From assembly GCF_963853765.1 (NCBI RefSeq), contig NC_088858.1:47802001-47866000 (forward strand): a DNA stretch of 64,000 nt, given 5' to 3'. Under the pieces are notes generated by a model that worked only from the letters and a program-made list of their open reading frames with translations, did not search any database and was not told where the DNA came from. Origin of the DNA: Magallana gigas. Its lineage: Eukaryota. Positions within the stretch are counted from its first letter, which is position 1; each line of letters starts with the position of its first letter. Below, piece after piece: positions 1 to 12,662 of this stretch. The translations under genes and the position numbers were made by a program.

Positions 1-1381
1 ACATACGGTACCCTTGGTATAGAATTCTTAAAATCAACGATACTTTCAATGAAATACTACATATATCTTGGAATATTGGTCGTGTGGTAGTGCGACACAT
101 TTTTATAACAATTAATACAAAGTAATTAAGATACGTTAAACAGTCCAAATGGTTGCGGTTCTGACAATCCACGACTTGTACCTTAATTGTTAACGTAATA
201 CAGGACTACTCGAAACCAGCAGATGCCTCTAGCTAGCCTGATTCATGCCTGAAGTGGGGTTAAAATCAGCTTATATTTTTTGTAAAAACCAATTTAGAAA
301 AATAAGGAAGCAAACGTCCATGACGGTTTTTAATACGGTAATAATCATCAAATACTTTTCCATTTTCCTATCCGAGAGCTTCATGTAATAATAATGGAAA
401 TCAATAACGACTTTTGTACAATTTTCAAAAACTATAAAATGTAAAACGATTCCTAGCCTTACAACAGATTCAAAAAGCAAGTATGTAATAACCACTTCAA
501 GTGTTAAACAGGGAATATTAAAGGATTTTGCTTCCATTTTACAACGAATGCCATGCACTCGATTTTTTTCACGTACATTATACAAAAAAAATCTTAATAA
601 ATTACGTAGAAAGACGGATTTGCAATCCAATTTAAATCAATTACTCTATTTAATATCTATTAATTTTGATCTCATTTACTTTTTTTTTGCATTCTATATT
701 GTTGAAACAGATTCTTAATACCATACAATTATTGATACGAATAAATATTTTTCGTTTATTATTCAATATTCACATTACCCGTAACCATAGGTACGTAATT
801 GGTTTAAATGCTTTCCGGTGTTGTAAAAATAGTTTGACTCGCCCGCACATTTGTTACGGTCATGGGTATCTTACTAACCACATGCCATCAAAAGAAACAT
901 GCAAGCAGAATAAACAGTTTTCTTTCTTTATGAAATAATTAGTATATGCGAATAGGCATCGTAATATAGAGGCACGGGGACTTGAAACAAAACAATCAAC
1001 TTCGATCAAATCCTGGACCAACACAGATGGTGGAAATGTTGTTAAGTGTGACCAATTGGTGACTTTTAACAGTATTTTCATATTCAAAATTTAAATGTCA
1101 TCAATCATTTTATTCGTTTATGATATATTTTTTTATTCAAATTATTTTGCCCCTTTAGAAAAAAAATTGAACCCATCGGCGCATTACTTGAAATTTTGAA
1201 TTATTCAATTAAAAAAAAACAAACATTTTTACATTCAAAAATATGCACATATTGCACAATATCAGCATCGAAAACCCAAGATAACATTCCCATAGAAATG
1301 AAAATTGATGTATGCATGTATATATCTAATTTTCATCGCCTATCATTAAATGTTGAAAGCACAGTTTATCTTTAGCTTTAC

Positions 1382-1439
1382 TATAAATTCCATATCTTCG
1401 TTTCCGTATAAATTCCATATCTTCGTTTCCGTATAAATT
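1382..1439. repeat. 25-bp direct tandem duplication (x2.3)
   Basis: tataaattccatatcttcgtttccg at 1382-1406 and 1407-1431, then a partial third copy. Confidence 0.9.
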
Positions 1440-2149
1440 TTCAACTTCTTTCAACTTTCAACTTTCTTTATTGCGTAAGACATACATCTTATTGCATATG
1501 AAATTTTTATAAATAATATGTGCAGCACATTGCATGGATTTACTAACAAATGGTAATAGCAATGAATATGTAATACAGTGATGATAACATTGGAGAATGT
1601 CAATTTCCATGATATTGGAAATCGACCCACACAACATATTTGTGCGTGATCTATATAACAAATTTATAATCCGCTTGTGTATCATGAGTAATAGGCGGCG
1701 GTCATTGAAAATTGCAATGAGTTGTTGTTTCCGATAGTTTTCATTATATCCACTTATTTGATCCAGCCCATATAGAAGAGAGATAACTCAAATATAACGC
1801 CAGGAATCCTGTCCCGAATCCTGTCATTATATCATCGGTGAAAGACATTGGCTATTTTTCTTATATTTGTTCATAATACTAGAATATTTTTTAAAAAGTC
1901 ATTATATGTAGTAATTAATGTTGTGTTGATATGAAATACTTTTACCAAATAAAAATAACACTTTAAGGTTGCTGAGAGTGAACACTTGTAGCTGTTTTTG
2001 TTTGGTTTTGGTGAATAAAACAAGTATGAATTACATCTAACTGTTGATTTATATTTTATGTTAAATAATCGAGCAACATACAATGTGATACATAATCATC
2101 GGAGAAACACATTCTTCTTTCAAGGGGTCCAGAGAGACTTGCAGTGTTA

Positions 2150-2323
2150 AGATGTACCAATAGTGTTTACATTCTCTTAGTTAAGATGTACCAATAGTGT
2201 TTACATTCTCTTAGATGTACCAATAGTGTTTACATTCTCTTAGATGTACCAATAGTGTTAACATTCTCTTAGATGTACCAATAGTGTTTACATTCTCTAC
2301 CAATAGTGTTTACATTCTCTTAG
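2150..2323. repeat. Minisatellite, ~29-bp unit, ~6 copies
   Basis: Unit agatgtaccaatagtgtttacattctctt repeated head-to-tail with small indels and no unique spacers. Confidence 0.9.
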
Positions 2324-3605
2324 TAGGTACTGTTATGTTATCATGGTCTGTTTTTTTTATATCTTTAATGAAAAATAAGAGAGGAATTAAAATGACTTAC
2401 TTTTTATGAAAATTAATTATATCACTGTTGTAAAATAGTATAATAACACCCCAGGTAAATTTGTGTAAATTAAAAAAAATATCTCTTCGATTAATGCACA
2501 AACATTCAATGTAGGCTTAACCTAAGTACGTGAATGTGTATGAATCCGGTTGACAAATTATGACAAACGGATTTGGAAAATGCACGCGATATGGACTTCA
2601 TTTACGTTATTTAATTGTGAAATGTCTTAAAATTGGCTTTAAAAGTTGTGCATTTTTGTTTTAATGTCGTTGTAAATTGCTCAAATAACTTTTCACCATC
2701 AAAATTTAAAACATTACATGCTTTTAAATTATCCAAAAAAAAGCAACACTAAGATTGTAATTACCTCATAGATATTCTTCTGCATTCAACCAAAAGTCCA
2801 ATAAAACGGTCTTCCGGTCCAACATTTCGTCCGAAGGTCCAAAATTCGTATGTTGCCCTCATACGCAGTCAATATTTGAATAATATTGTTATACTTAGTA
2901 GTATATCCTCACGCATTTAACTTAATAGACTAGTAGCCAATAATTTAAAATATTAATCAGCTATAGGGATAGTATCGAGAGAATATTCTCATACTTTTTG
3001 GATTTGTATTTAAAAAACTCTAGTTATTCTTATCCTCAAAAACTCAAGATAAAAAAAATTATTTATTCAGTTTGTGTAGTTTGTCACGTTTATAGAGGTC
3101 ATCATCTTGGGTCAAACAGGATTTACATGTGTATATTGCACATCTACGTATACCAGTGTTTACTTGTAATGTAGTCTTGTTAATCATAAAACAACTCCGT
3201 TAGATACAACTCACCAGCCGTTCGCCTCAATGTTCATTTACATAGGTAAGAACTCATCAGATAAAATCGTTTTCATTTTAAGTTGCAAACTCTGAATTGA
3301 TGTCTACATACCTGTAACTTTCTAGATTAGGCAAGTCATTATTTAAATTTAAATATTAGATATATGTTGCTAATTGCAATTTGAAACATGTTTTCCTCCA
3401 TGATTATGGTACATTTGTTATCTTGAATAATGCAATATACTCCACTCAAATTAGCCTTTTTTAAGACTGTTTTTGCATGTGCGTCTTATTTAGATGTATT
3501 ACAATATCAATTTAATATTTATCCTTGGCGTGAACATGTTTTTAAAAATTATTGTATTTCCATATTCAGCTAACGTACATCAAGTGTAGCGTAGAGAGCA
3601 GCAAG

Positions 3606-4964
3606 ATGTTTGGGAAATTCGTAGTTAACTCGAACATATTATTCAACCAGGGAAGGAGTGGATTGGATCTACCTTCTAATACAAGCTACGAATATTTTCC
3701 AAAAGATTATTACCTCTGGAGAGTTAATGAACAACTATACGACATTAACAAGCCTTTTGTTGTCATCTTCTTACTCTTGGTTTTACTTGGGTTGTTTGGG
3801 AATAGTCTAGTGGTTTACGTCTTCTGTTTTCGTTTGAAAAAGTCAACAGTACACACATATATAACATGTATTGCAGCTTGTGATACAGTGACTTCCATTT
3901 TGCTGATTTTCGAAATCTTCGATAAACGATACCCAATGTATGCTGGGAACTTCACAAATATCTGTAAGGTTGTGCGATGTCTTGAAGTGTTTCTTAGTTG
4001 CGGTTCCAGCCAATTCATTGTAAGCATTGCGTTTGATCGTTACTATAAGGTCTGTAAGCCATTTAAAAGTCTTTCTCTCAAAACAGTCCGAAAAAGCATA
4101 CTATGCATATTGATAGTATCTGCATTTCTAAGCTGGCCTATGGTGTTATTTCATGGTCCGGAATTGGTCAAAACATCGCATCCTGAAGTATTTGGAAAAG
4201 ACTGTTCTGATGATGATCGTTTCAAAGATTCAATGTATCCGGTAATTTATTTCATTGTTCTTTTCGTATTTGTTATAGCGTGCATTGTGGTGATTGTGAT
4301 AATGTATATTTTCGTATTTCTTGAAGTTTTTAAGTGGAAACATAATTCTATGAGCACTACTGAAGTTTCTGGGAAATTTGACAACTCGATTTGGATGAAA
4401 ATCAAGTCAAGAATACCTTTTCAAAACAACAGAAAAGGAAAACATCAAAGTGATGACCCTGCAGTCGACTGTAGAATAAAATCAAACAATCAAACCGTAA
4501 AAGATGAAAACAATGTAATAACTTATAACAACAATATGCTGCCAGTTGATGGCGACACAACACGTGTTTCTGTTGAGATTCCAGTTGAAAGTCGCATTTA
4601 TCAAGCCAAACCGATCGATGCAACTAAAAGAACACCTAATAGGAGCCACACGGAAAAAGAAAGTGGACGTCCATTAAGTCTCCAAAACGGCGGGAAGAAA
4701 CGACATCTGAGTAAAACCACTATCTCGCTAAGTCTGATAGCATTCATGTATGTAATGAGTTACATCCCCACCATTGCGGTAGAAAGTGTCAATGCTATAG
4801 GTTCATTCGAAGAAAACCAACTCTCAGTTCCAACCAGGCGACTCATCGTGGTGTGTAATGCGGCACATTTTTTTAATATTGGTTTTAATCCTATTATATA
4901 CGGGGCCTTTAATGATTTTTTTCGAAATGAAGTTAGATTAATCGTATTTGGAAATAGAAAATGA
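3606..4964 (+). CDS. Class A (rhodopsin-like) orphan GPCR, paralog 1, single coding exon
   Basis: Seven hydrophobic segments with GN (TM1), IAACD (TM2), DRY (AFDRYY), SWP (TM4), SYIP (TM6) and NPIIY (TM7). First ATG is 3606; the ORF track starts at TTG 3552. A candidate 5'UTR intron runs from the donor at ~3246 (catag|gtaaga) to the acceptor at ~3569 (attcag|). Confidence 0.93.
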   Translation: MFGKFVVNSNILFNQGRSGLDLPSNTSYEYFPKDYYLWRVNEQLYDINKPFVVIFLLLVLLGLFGNSLVVYVFCFRLKKSTVHTYITCIAACDTVTSILLIFEIFDKRYPMYAGNFTNICKVVRCLEVFLSCGSSQFIVSIAFDRYYKVCKPFKSLSLKTVRKSILCILIVSAFLSWPMVLFHGPELVKTSHPEVFGKDCSDDDRFKDSMYPVIYFIVLFVFVIACIVVIVIMYIFVFLEVFKWKHNSMSTTEVSGKFDNSIWMKIKSRIPFQNNRKGKHQSDDPAVDCRIKSNNQTVKDENNVITYNNNMLPVDGDTTRVSVEIPVESRIYQAKPIDATKRTPNRSHTEKESGRPLSLQNGGKKRHLSKTTISLSLIAFMYVMSYIPTIAVESVNAIGSFEENQLSVPTRRLIVVCNAAHFFNIGFNPIIYGAFNDFFRNEVRLIVFGNRK

Positions 4965-5034
4965 TCAAAGACTATCTAAAAATAAATTGAGCATAAACTG
5001 TTTCCTTCAAGTTTATTACAGAAATGATGATGGA

Positions 5035-5250
5035 ATACATGTACATGGCTCGGTGTTAGGCTAGTAACCCAAAGGTTGCTGGTTCAAGCCCCGCTGTAGT
5101 CACTTGATACTGCGACCTGTGTACTTAGACAAGGAACATTATCTATATTGTCTCAGTCGAACAAGCTAAAATGGGTAACGGCTTATGCTGATGGTTAACC
5201 TGCGATGGACTGGTGTCCAATCCGGGGTGGAGGTAAACGACTCACCGCCA
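5035..5250 (+). mobile_element. tRNA-derived SINE (V-domain-like core), degenerate
   Basis: A-box-like tggctcggtgttagg and B-box-like ggttcaagccc, followed by cctgcgatggactggtgtccaatccgggg, which resembles the central domain of V-type SINEs. Family call is from memory. Confidence 0.65.
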
Positions 5251-7285
5251 AAAGAATAAGTACCTTACTGTTAATAACGAGACACATGGTAATCAAATGA
5301 AAGCTTTGAAGAACTTACTTATGATTCTCGAACAAATCTGGTCAAATAAGATGTGAAGAGGTACAGTTCCATTATAAATTGTAAGGTGAAAGGCACAAGA
5401 GACTAGATCTGGTGTAAAGATAGGATATTTCTATAAACTGTGCGTGCGTCATCTTAACGTCATACTTTGAACGTTGCCGTGCTCCTCGGTGACAAAACGT
5501 GCTGGTTTTAAAGTCGAGTATCAAAAATACTTTTTAACCAAATAGACTGAAACTGCATATATCAATAAAATCAGTGTTGGTGAATAGAGTAATCTGTCAG
5601 TTATGACTTTTATTAAAAAATATGCATAAACAGCCATCTTGTCCTCGTATTGTTTGATTGACTCTCGTAAATAAATTTACATTTTCAACTACAATGATTG
5701 CATCAGTTTGAATACAGTCAGTGCAAAAGCTAAACAAAACAGCATAGATCACTATCCAATCAGCCTAAATAAGTGAAGTAATTATTACGTCACTGGTTAT
5801 TAAATATTTCGAAAGAGCTGAAATGATCTAGTAACGGAAACGTGTTTTTTGAGATCCTGACAATATCAATCTGAAGCACGGAGCAATGATATTTAACAAA
5901 AAAAAAGAGAATTAAAAGCCAAACATTCCTAATGGCAATTAGATATTGGCAATTCTACCCCGTGCTTGACTGCATGCTATGATGGTTTGATTGCTTTATC
6001 ATACAAATTCATTCAATACATCGAGAGAGGGGGCAGTATGGTAGACCAGAGATGCATATCTCCACGAAACCAATGCCCTAAGATCAACGGTCTACTTTAC
6101 TGTATTAAATATGCACTGAAAACCGGAGAAAAAAAACCTTTCATCGTTGCTTTTTTCTCTATTCTCAAAATTAAAGCTCCTACACCGGCATCATGAAAGT
6201 AAATTAAAATTCTCATACTTTAAACGAAACATTTATTTGCTAATCGCAGACTCGTTATGACAGTTATAAAAGCACGTAAATTATTTAACGACACAATTTG
6301 ATCTCATCCTTGTTACACTGTTTATTCACCTGAATCCTTGTGCATCCTAACCGACCCAAAAATGAATAGATTAAAGAATTGCTTGGATGTATTCTCATTT
6401 TCAATCTGCAAGCAGAATCATTCGATAACCAACATGCACCAAAAGAACATGCATTTAAGGAGTGATTATCATATCTGTATGGTTTATAATTAACACAAGT
6501 GAAAGACCGAAGCATAATCGAAGGATATACATTATATTATATCCGTGGTCCCTTGCCAACAAAAATTACCCGGATGATGTGAAGTCATGACCTTTCCTGA
6601 TATTATCACATAATACGATTTGGATGAGAACGTATTGACCAATGAATATTTAATCAAAGTCTGACTCAAACATGTGGCAAACATCGTAAATGGTGAGTTA
6701 GTCTTTAAATCTATATAAGTGAAAATAATAGGGTTTTATATCAGAAAGTATACTAGAAAAAAATATGTCTTACATGAGACTAATAATTTTTAGAATAAGA
6801 TAATTTATAGGCTAATCTGAAATCATTAAAGAATTTATTTTTCCCAGGGGTAACGATTAAATTGGATTCTCTGTATATTGAACCATTGAATTTGAATTTT
6901 TAATTAGAATCTTATGGAATTCTATATCCACTGACTAATGAAGACTTATCTGAACGGACCAGTGTGATCAAATAAGTTTATCCATTCACAATATTCAAAT
7001 GGTTTCCCTGCCACTGAGCTTTCATACGATGCAGTTTCTATGAGCCTGAAAGAATGCTAAAAGAGGTATGGACGAAAATATTTATTATAGGGAATTCATT
7101 CACCCCTCCATAGAAGTTAACAAGCACTGTTGTTCAGTTGGTTCTCAACAGAAAATACCACTTGGTTCATGGTTTAATGTTTGTTATATCTGTTGTAGGG
7201 TTCGTGCATTGGATACAGACTGAATTAAAAGGACAAGGACAGATAGCGTTCCACATTGACATTTATTTGGAAAGACTATTCCATC

Positions 7286-8812
7286 ATGTCAACTCAACCT
7301 TTGACCTCTAACTTGACGTCTTCTGTAGCTAACGACACTGGCAGCACAACACAATCACTTTTAGCTGCCGAATATCTATTATGGATTTCAAATGAGAGAC
7401 AATACGAGTTAAACCGTCCAACTCTCATTATTTACATAATCTCCATCATTTTGGGGTTGACTGGTAATTCTTTGGTTGTATACGTGTTTGGATTCCGTTT
7501 TGAAAAGTCAACTGCAAACTTTTTCGTGACAAGTTTAGCGGTGTTTGATATTCTTACATGTTTCCTCTTAGTGTTTGAGACTCTTGACCTTCGCTTTCCA
7601 ATGTACAGTGGGAACTATCCAGCTATTTGCAAAACCGTCCGTTTCTTCGAGGTATTTTGCACTTCTTGTTCCAGCATTTTATTAGTGTGTATAGCATTTG
7701 ATCGCTATTACAAAATATGCAAGCCCTTTAAACATATTTCTATTCGGAAAGTTAAAAAAATACTTGCCTTGACGGTTTGTTTTACGCTGGTTCTCAGCTG
7801 GCCAGTAGCATTATTCCATGGCACTGAAACTATTGTGATGTCAAATGCAGTGGTAACAGGGAAGGATTGCGCAGACGATGATAATCTCAAAGGATCTCTT
7901 TATTCTGCTTTGTATTTTTTTCTGCTTTTAGTCATCACGGTGTGCTTTATCCTAGCAGTTATAGTTTTGTACTGTCGCGTCTACTGGGCGATAATAAAGT
8001 GGAAGTTTAGTACGGTCGGAGAAAGTCACGATTCCGGAATATGGACCACAAATAGATCCTCCACAATATCAAGTAGAGAACCTCAGGATACAGTGCCCCG
8101 TAAAAGTACGAGTGCTCAGAGGCCACAGTCAAGGTTTGTTGTACTAGGTGACAAAACCAAACCATCGGAAAGTCCTCGAGAATCTTTACCAGTCTCCGAG
8201 AGTTTGGATACCATATCAATTACAGACATAGCGAAAAGGCAAGCTACCGAAGAGTCATATCAAAGTTCTGAAACAGGTTTAAATAAAAATAATTCAGTTG
8301 AAGGCACAAATTCACACTCCTCTCCCTCGAATAGTAGCAAAGTTGTAAGGTATACAGTGACAGTAAGAGCTGAAACAAAAAAATCGGCACAGCCATTAAC
8401 AGGAACCATCACGAGACCCGCAGCCGCCGGAAGTGAAGAGGAAAGCGTTGCTGTGGTTCAGCGAAGCTCCGTGGATAGAAAGTCAAATAAAAAACGAAGA
8501 GAGACAGTCTTGACGAGCAGAAGAAAAAAGAATGTTCGGACCAGTCGTACGACGATCATGTTTAGTCTGGCCGCATTCATGTATGTGATCAGCTACATAC
8601 CAACCCTAGTAGTGGAAAGCATCAACGCCGTGAAACCTTTCAACTTAAAGGAGATGTCGACCACACTCAGACAGATTATTGTGGTGGCCAACTCAGCGTA
8701 TTTCTTTAATCTTTCATTTAACCCAATAATATACGGGGTATTCAACAAACATTTTCGAGACGAGGTAGTTTTGCTATTCAAAGGTCAATCTAAAAATCAC
8801 TATAACAAGTGA
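7286..8812 (+). CDS. Class A orphan GPCR, paralog 2, single coding exon
   Basis: 7TM with GN, LAVFD, AFDRYY, SWP, SYIP, NPIIY and a long Ser/Thr-rich ICL3. First ATG is 7286; the track starts at TTG 7256. Confidence 0.94.
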   Translation: MSTQPLTSNLTSSVANDTGSTTQSLLAAEYLLWISNERQYELNRPTLIIYIISIILGLTGNSLVVYVFGFRFEKSTANFFVTSLAVFDILTCFLLVFETLDLRFPMYSGNYPAICKTVRFFEVFCTSCSSILLVCIAFDRYYKICKPFKHISIRKVKKILALTVCFTLVLSWPVALFHGTETIVMSNAVVTGKDCADDDNLKGSLYSALYFFLLLVITVCFILAVIVLYCRVYWAIIKWKFSTVGESHDSGIWTTNRSSTISSREPQDTVPRKSTSAQRPQSRFVVLGDKTKPSESPRESLPVSESLDTISITDIAKRQATEESYQSSETGLNKNNSVEGTNSHSSPSNSSKVVRYTVTVRAETKKSAQPLTGTITRPAAAGSEEESVAVVQRSSVDRKSNKKRRETVLTSRRKKNVRTSRTTIMFSLAAFMYVISYIPTLVVESINAVKPFNLKEMSTTLRQIIVVANSAYFFNLSFNPIIYGVFNKHFRDEVVLLFKGQSKNHYNK

Positions 8813-9032
8813 GTCGATAGTGCAGAAACGCCAGAAAGTAGCATTTAAATGCAGATACACGGTGCGACTTTTTGTAGGTGACAACTTCAGCTATATGTGC
8901 TCACTTCCCATCCCACGTGCGTACTCCAAACTTGCATTTGGTGACACATGTAAGTTGTAAACTGTGAAGCAATTTGTAGAGAAATATTTACATCTACCGA
9001 GTATGATTCCCTCTATTTCTTACGGAAACTTG

Positions 9033-9244
9033 TACTGTATACATGGTTATTTTCACCGTTGGTTTATTTCGCCTTTCTTTACTTGCAAACGGTTTGGCCC
9101 GTCTTAAATTCGCCTAGACATAGCTGTGTTTAAAGAGAGGTAACATAATACATTAGAATTCGTCAAGTCTTAAATTCGCCCGCTGATAACGAGAACGAAA
9201 GAGGTGAAAATAAAACAGGGGCGAATATTTCCTTGTATACAGTA
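9033..9244. mobile_element. MITE with tactgtataca / tgtatacagta termini (Tc1/mariner-like)
   Basis: 11-bp inverted termini at 9033-9043 and 9234-9244 with TA ends; non-coding interior. Confidence 0.55.
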
Positions 9245-10559
9245 GTTAATTCATAGCTCTATAGAAACAGTCAGACTGAAATCTACACGCCCCATTTATC
9301 TACACGCCCCATTTATCGATTGGTCGAAATCTCGGGCGGCTGAAACTGACAATACTAAAATTGACACGCCCTGTTTATCGATTGGCCGAAACCTACAGCG
9401 ACCTAAGAAAAACCACGGACTGCACAAAATAATCATGATGATGTCAGACTCAATTTCCCGTAGGAGACGATTTGGCTGTTTCTTTTAGCTAATGTACTGA
9501 TGTACATTAATAGTAATTAGGTACTTTGTACAAACAATTTTATTAATTTGTTAAAAGAAAGATGTAAATATGAACGCGTGTTATGTATTTTTTCTGCAAT
9601 GATCACTACCTTCATATCCCGCATGAATCATCAAAGAAAGAATTTAATTGTTTGAATAATATGATTTTTTTAGTACTGAACATTCCGTTATTCATCAGTG
9701 CAAAGGAAATTCGCTATTTTTGTCTATCAACGGATATTTTTATTTAAAGTTTTAAATTCTATCTAGCATGGCTGAAAGATAATGAGGATTAAGGCCTACA
9801 TGGAAAGTTAGATTAATTCATTATAATATATTTTAAAACGGAAGAATAACAGTTCAAGCACCTGCTTATTTTCCGTCAAAGTGTATTGTAAAACTGTACC
9901 GTGTGATCGTGTTCAGTTAGTGATTGGTACGGTTGGTGATGTCAGCACGGGACTACATCAAGCCCGGATGATACACAGTAAATTTATGAAAGATACGGAA
10001 ACCAATGCAGACAAGTATACGACAATGTATGTTTTGCAGTGTATTTGTTCAATATTTTATGTACATGCACAAATTTTGCCTGTAATGATTGGAATAAAAA
10101 ATTTTTTTTACCAGATATTAGTTTGTACATGAAACATACGTAACTGGAAATAAAAGACAGCGTCTATATAAATAATTCCAAATGTTGTCTTTTCAAAATT
10201 TTGATGAACTAAAATGTGTTTGTCCGTTGATAAACTTTACATGTAGATATTACGGTACTATTTTCACCCTGCCTCATCGGTTAACTTTAGTACATATTTG
10301 GAAAAACATTAAACAAATGTAATGAAATTATTTTCTTATTTTACGTTATTTCAGCATCTCGAATGTTTTGTTTATGGTATTGTTGATTTTTAAAGATTTA
10401 ATTCATACTTGGTAATTGGATTTGTTATCTTGGTGTGTAATAGAATAAAAATTATATAGTATAAAACAATTTGCAACAAAATTCCTTATGATGAAATTTG
10501 ACACATCAAATTGTGTGTTGCGTAAATCGTAGCCCGAATTCTTTAAATTGCATAAGTAT

Positions 10560-11895
10560 CAGAGGCGGATCCAGCAATTTGGAAAAGGGGGGGGGGGGTC
10601 CAATTGATGAACATCAATGCGTACAAAAATCATTTTTGTCAATAAACAAGGCCTTTTGAACGTTCTCCGTGCGTAGATTTAATAAACAGTTATTTCGTCA
10701 ATATCTATTTCATATCTATTTTAATATCAGAGTTTTGGTTTAGGTAAGGAAGATTTGCATAATTTCTAGCCTTAAAAAAACCCAAGTCTACAGCAATGAG
10801 AACGTGCGTCTGTGCTTAATAGAGAGAAACACTAAGAAACAAAAAATAATTCAGACTAATTACGACAAGCAATTATTATAAAAAGGAATTTTTTTGGTAA
10901 TTTTTTATTTATGTTTTTGATGTGTAAATTCTGAACTATTTATCGATTTTGAGTTCTATCGATTGCCTTCTTCAAGAAAGGTCTAAATGATAGGATATGA
11001 CAAAAAATTAAATTTGGATAGTTTATTTGCTGAATAGATGGAACATGTGTAATTCAATTGTACAAGCAATATAGTCGTCCCAGGGAACTTAATTGATGTG
11101 TCCTCTGTAATGGGTGCGCCATATCATCCGGCACTAGTGTCTTTTACTAATTAACAATTTTTAATTGTCAATGAGTCCATGACTGGTCATGGACTCATTG
11201 ACAATTAAAAATTGTTAATTAGTAAAAGACACTAGTACAGTTGCGATCAAATTCAAGAAAGTTTTGAAAAGTTGTGCATTTTCATATTAATAGTTTACAT
11301 ATAAACCCCTTACCCGGTATTTTTGAAACATAATATCCGATTCTCAGAAACAAAACAAAAAAGGCTTTCTTTTGTGTTTCATGTGGGTATGAAAGTATCT
11401 AGCATTCAAGAAAAATAGCATAAGCGGGTTTAATTTTCTCTGTATTTTTCAATATTTTTGGTATGAAACGAAGAAAAACTTTTTTATTATAATTTACTTA
11501 AGTTAAATAAACAATACATTTGAAAGCAGCTTTTAAAAGTAAAACGAATATGTGTACTTGTACTTGAACGCCGTTTTACTCGATGGCTTGTCAGTTCAAA
11601 CTGTATGTTTTCTCATGGAAGTGAACACCGGATGTTGAAGGGGAGTACTTTTTTCGATTAAAAAAAAAATATGGGTTTTTCATATCAGAAATACATGTAA
11701 ATTACGGTACGCTGTGAGAAAATCTTTAGATAAGCAATTCTAAAAGCATTTATTTGAGATACAGTGTTTATATTATAAATGGAAAAAATTGCCTTTAAGT
11801 ATGCATTAGAAGTTTTAAAAAAAATTCATATGTCCCAGAGAATGGGGGGGGGGGTCCGACCCCCGGACCCCCCCCCCCTTCTGGATCCGCCCATG
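10560..11895. mobile_element. Non-autonomous TIR element (CA...TG ends, poly-G/poly-C subterminal tracts, 5-bp TSD)
   Basis: Left TIR cagaggcggatccag (10560-10574) and right TIR ctggatccgcccatg (11881-11895) match at 13/15. agtat flanks both ends directly. Confidence 0.65.
11133..11236. repeat. Perfect inverted repeat, 51-bp arms, 2-nt spacer
   Basis: 11133-11183 is the exact reverse complement of 11186-11236 (checked base by base). Confidence 0.97.
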
Positions 11896-12662
11896 AGTAT
11901 AGTGCATATACCATACAATTGTATTGTATGTAGAAGTGCATTAAGATAAAAAGCCGAAAATTTAGTTTAAAAACATAGAATAACTGCAGAAACAATTCTC
12001 CACTTAAGCCATATAAAATTACACTGCGCAAAACACACATTAACTTTTATATTTACAGAAATTATGTAATATTTATCTTTCCGAAACTAAATACGTTGAT
12101 ACAAAAAGACTAGAAAGGTGTTGCCCAATTCAAACAGAAAGCACAAAAATTAAGATAACAAAATCTTCTCATATTTCCATGTACGAATACAATATGAACT
12201 ACAGCGAAATACCAGCAATATCAGATCGCTCTTTATTATCAAGATAAAACGTATTGACGCGACAAATGAAGCATGAACTTGGGGGACATATAGTAACCTT
12301 ACCAACGTCTCTCCAAAAAAACCCCACAGAGATGGACAGAGATTGTGGTGTTTTGTAAATGAAAGTGCATAAAGACACCCGGCAGTATTAGTCGTTTACT
12401 GCATTCATTATTAAAAGGCGGCGTGAAATCCTTTCATGGGATCTAACCCGGATGAAACTTTTCTGTGTCAGGCATGCACATTACACTTGGTCGGCTTATT
12501 TGGATGAACAGTTTTATATCGAATCTGAAAGGTAAACAAGATATTTAAACATAATTGTTGGAAATTGGACGTTAAACGCATTTTCTCAAAAAGTCACTAG
12601 ATTGAAACATCAACATGAAGTGATTTTTATAAAGGTCTGAAAGGCAATGCAGTGATATTATC

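Noticed and set aside
2150-2323. CRISPR-like array (also 15752-15931 and 18517-18657)
   Set aside because: The repeats abut with no unique spacers, there are no cas genes, and the context is eukaryotic. These are minisatellites.
3552-3605. TTG-initiated N-terminal extensions of GPCR1 (and 7256-7285 of GPCR2)
   Set aside because: Artifacts of alternative-start ORF calling. The GPCR1 extension crosses a likely splice acceptor, so the first ATG was used.
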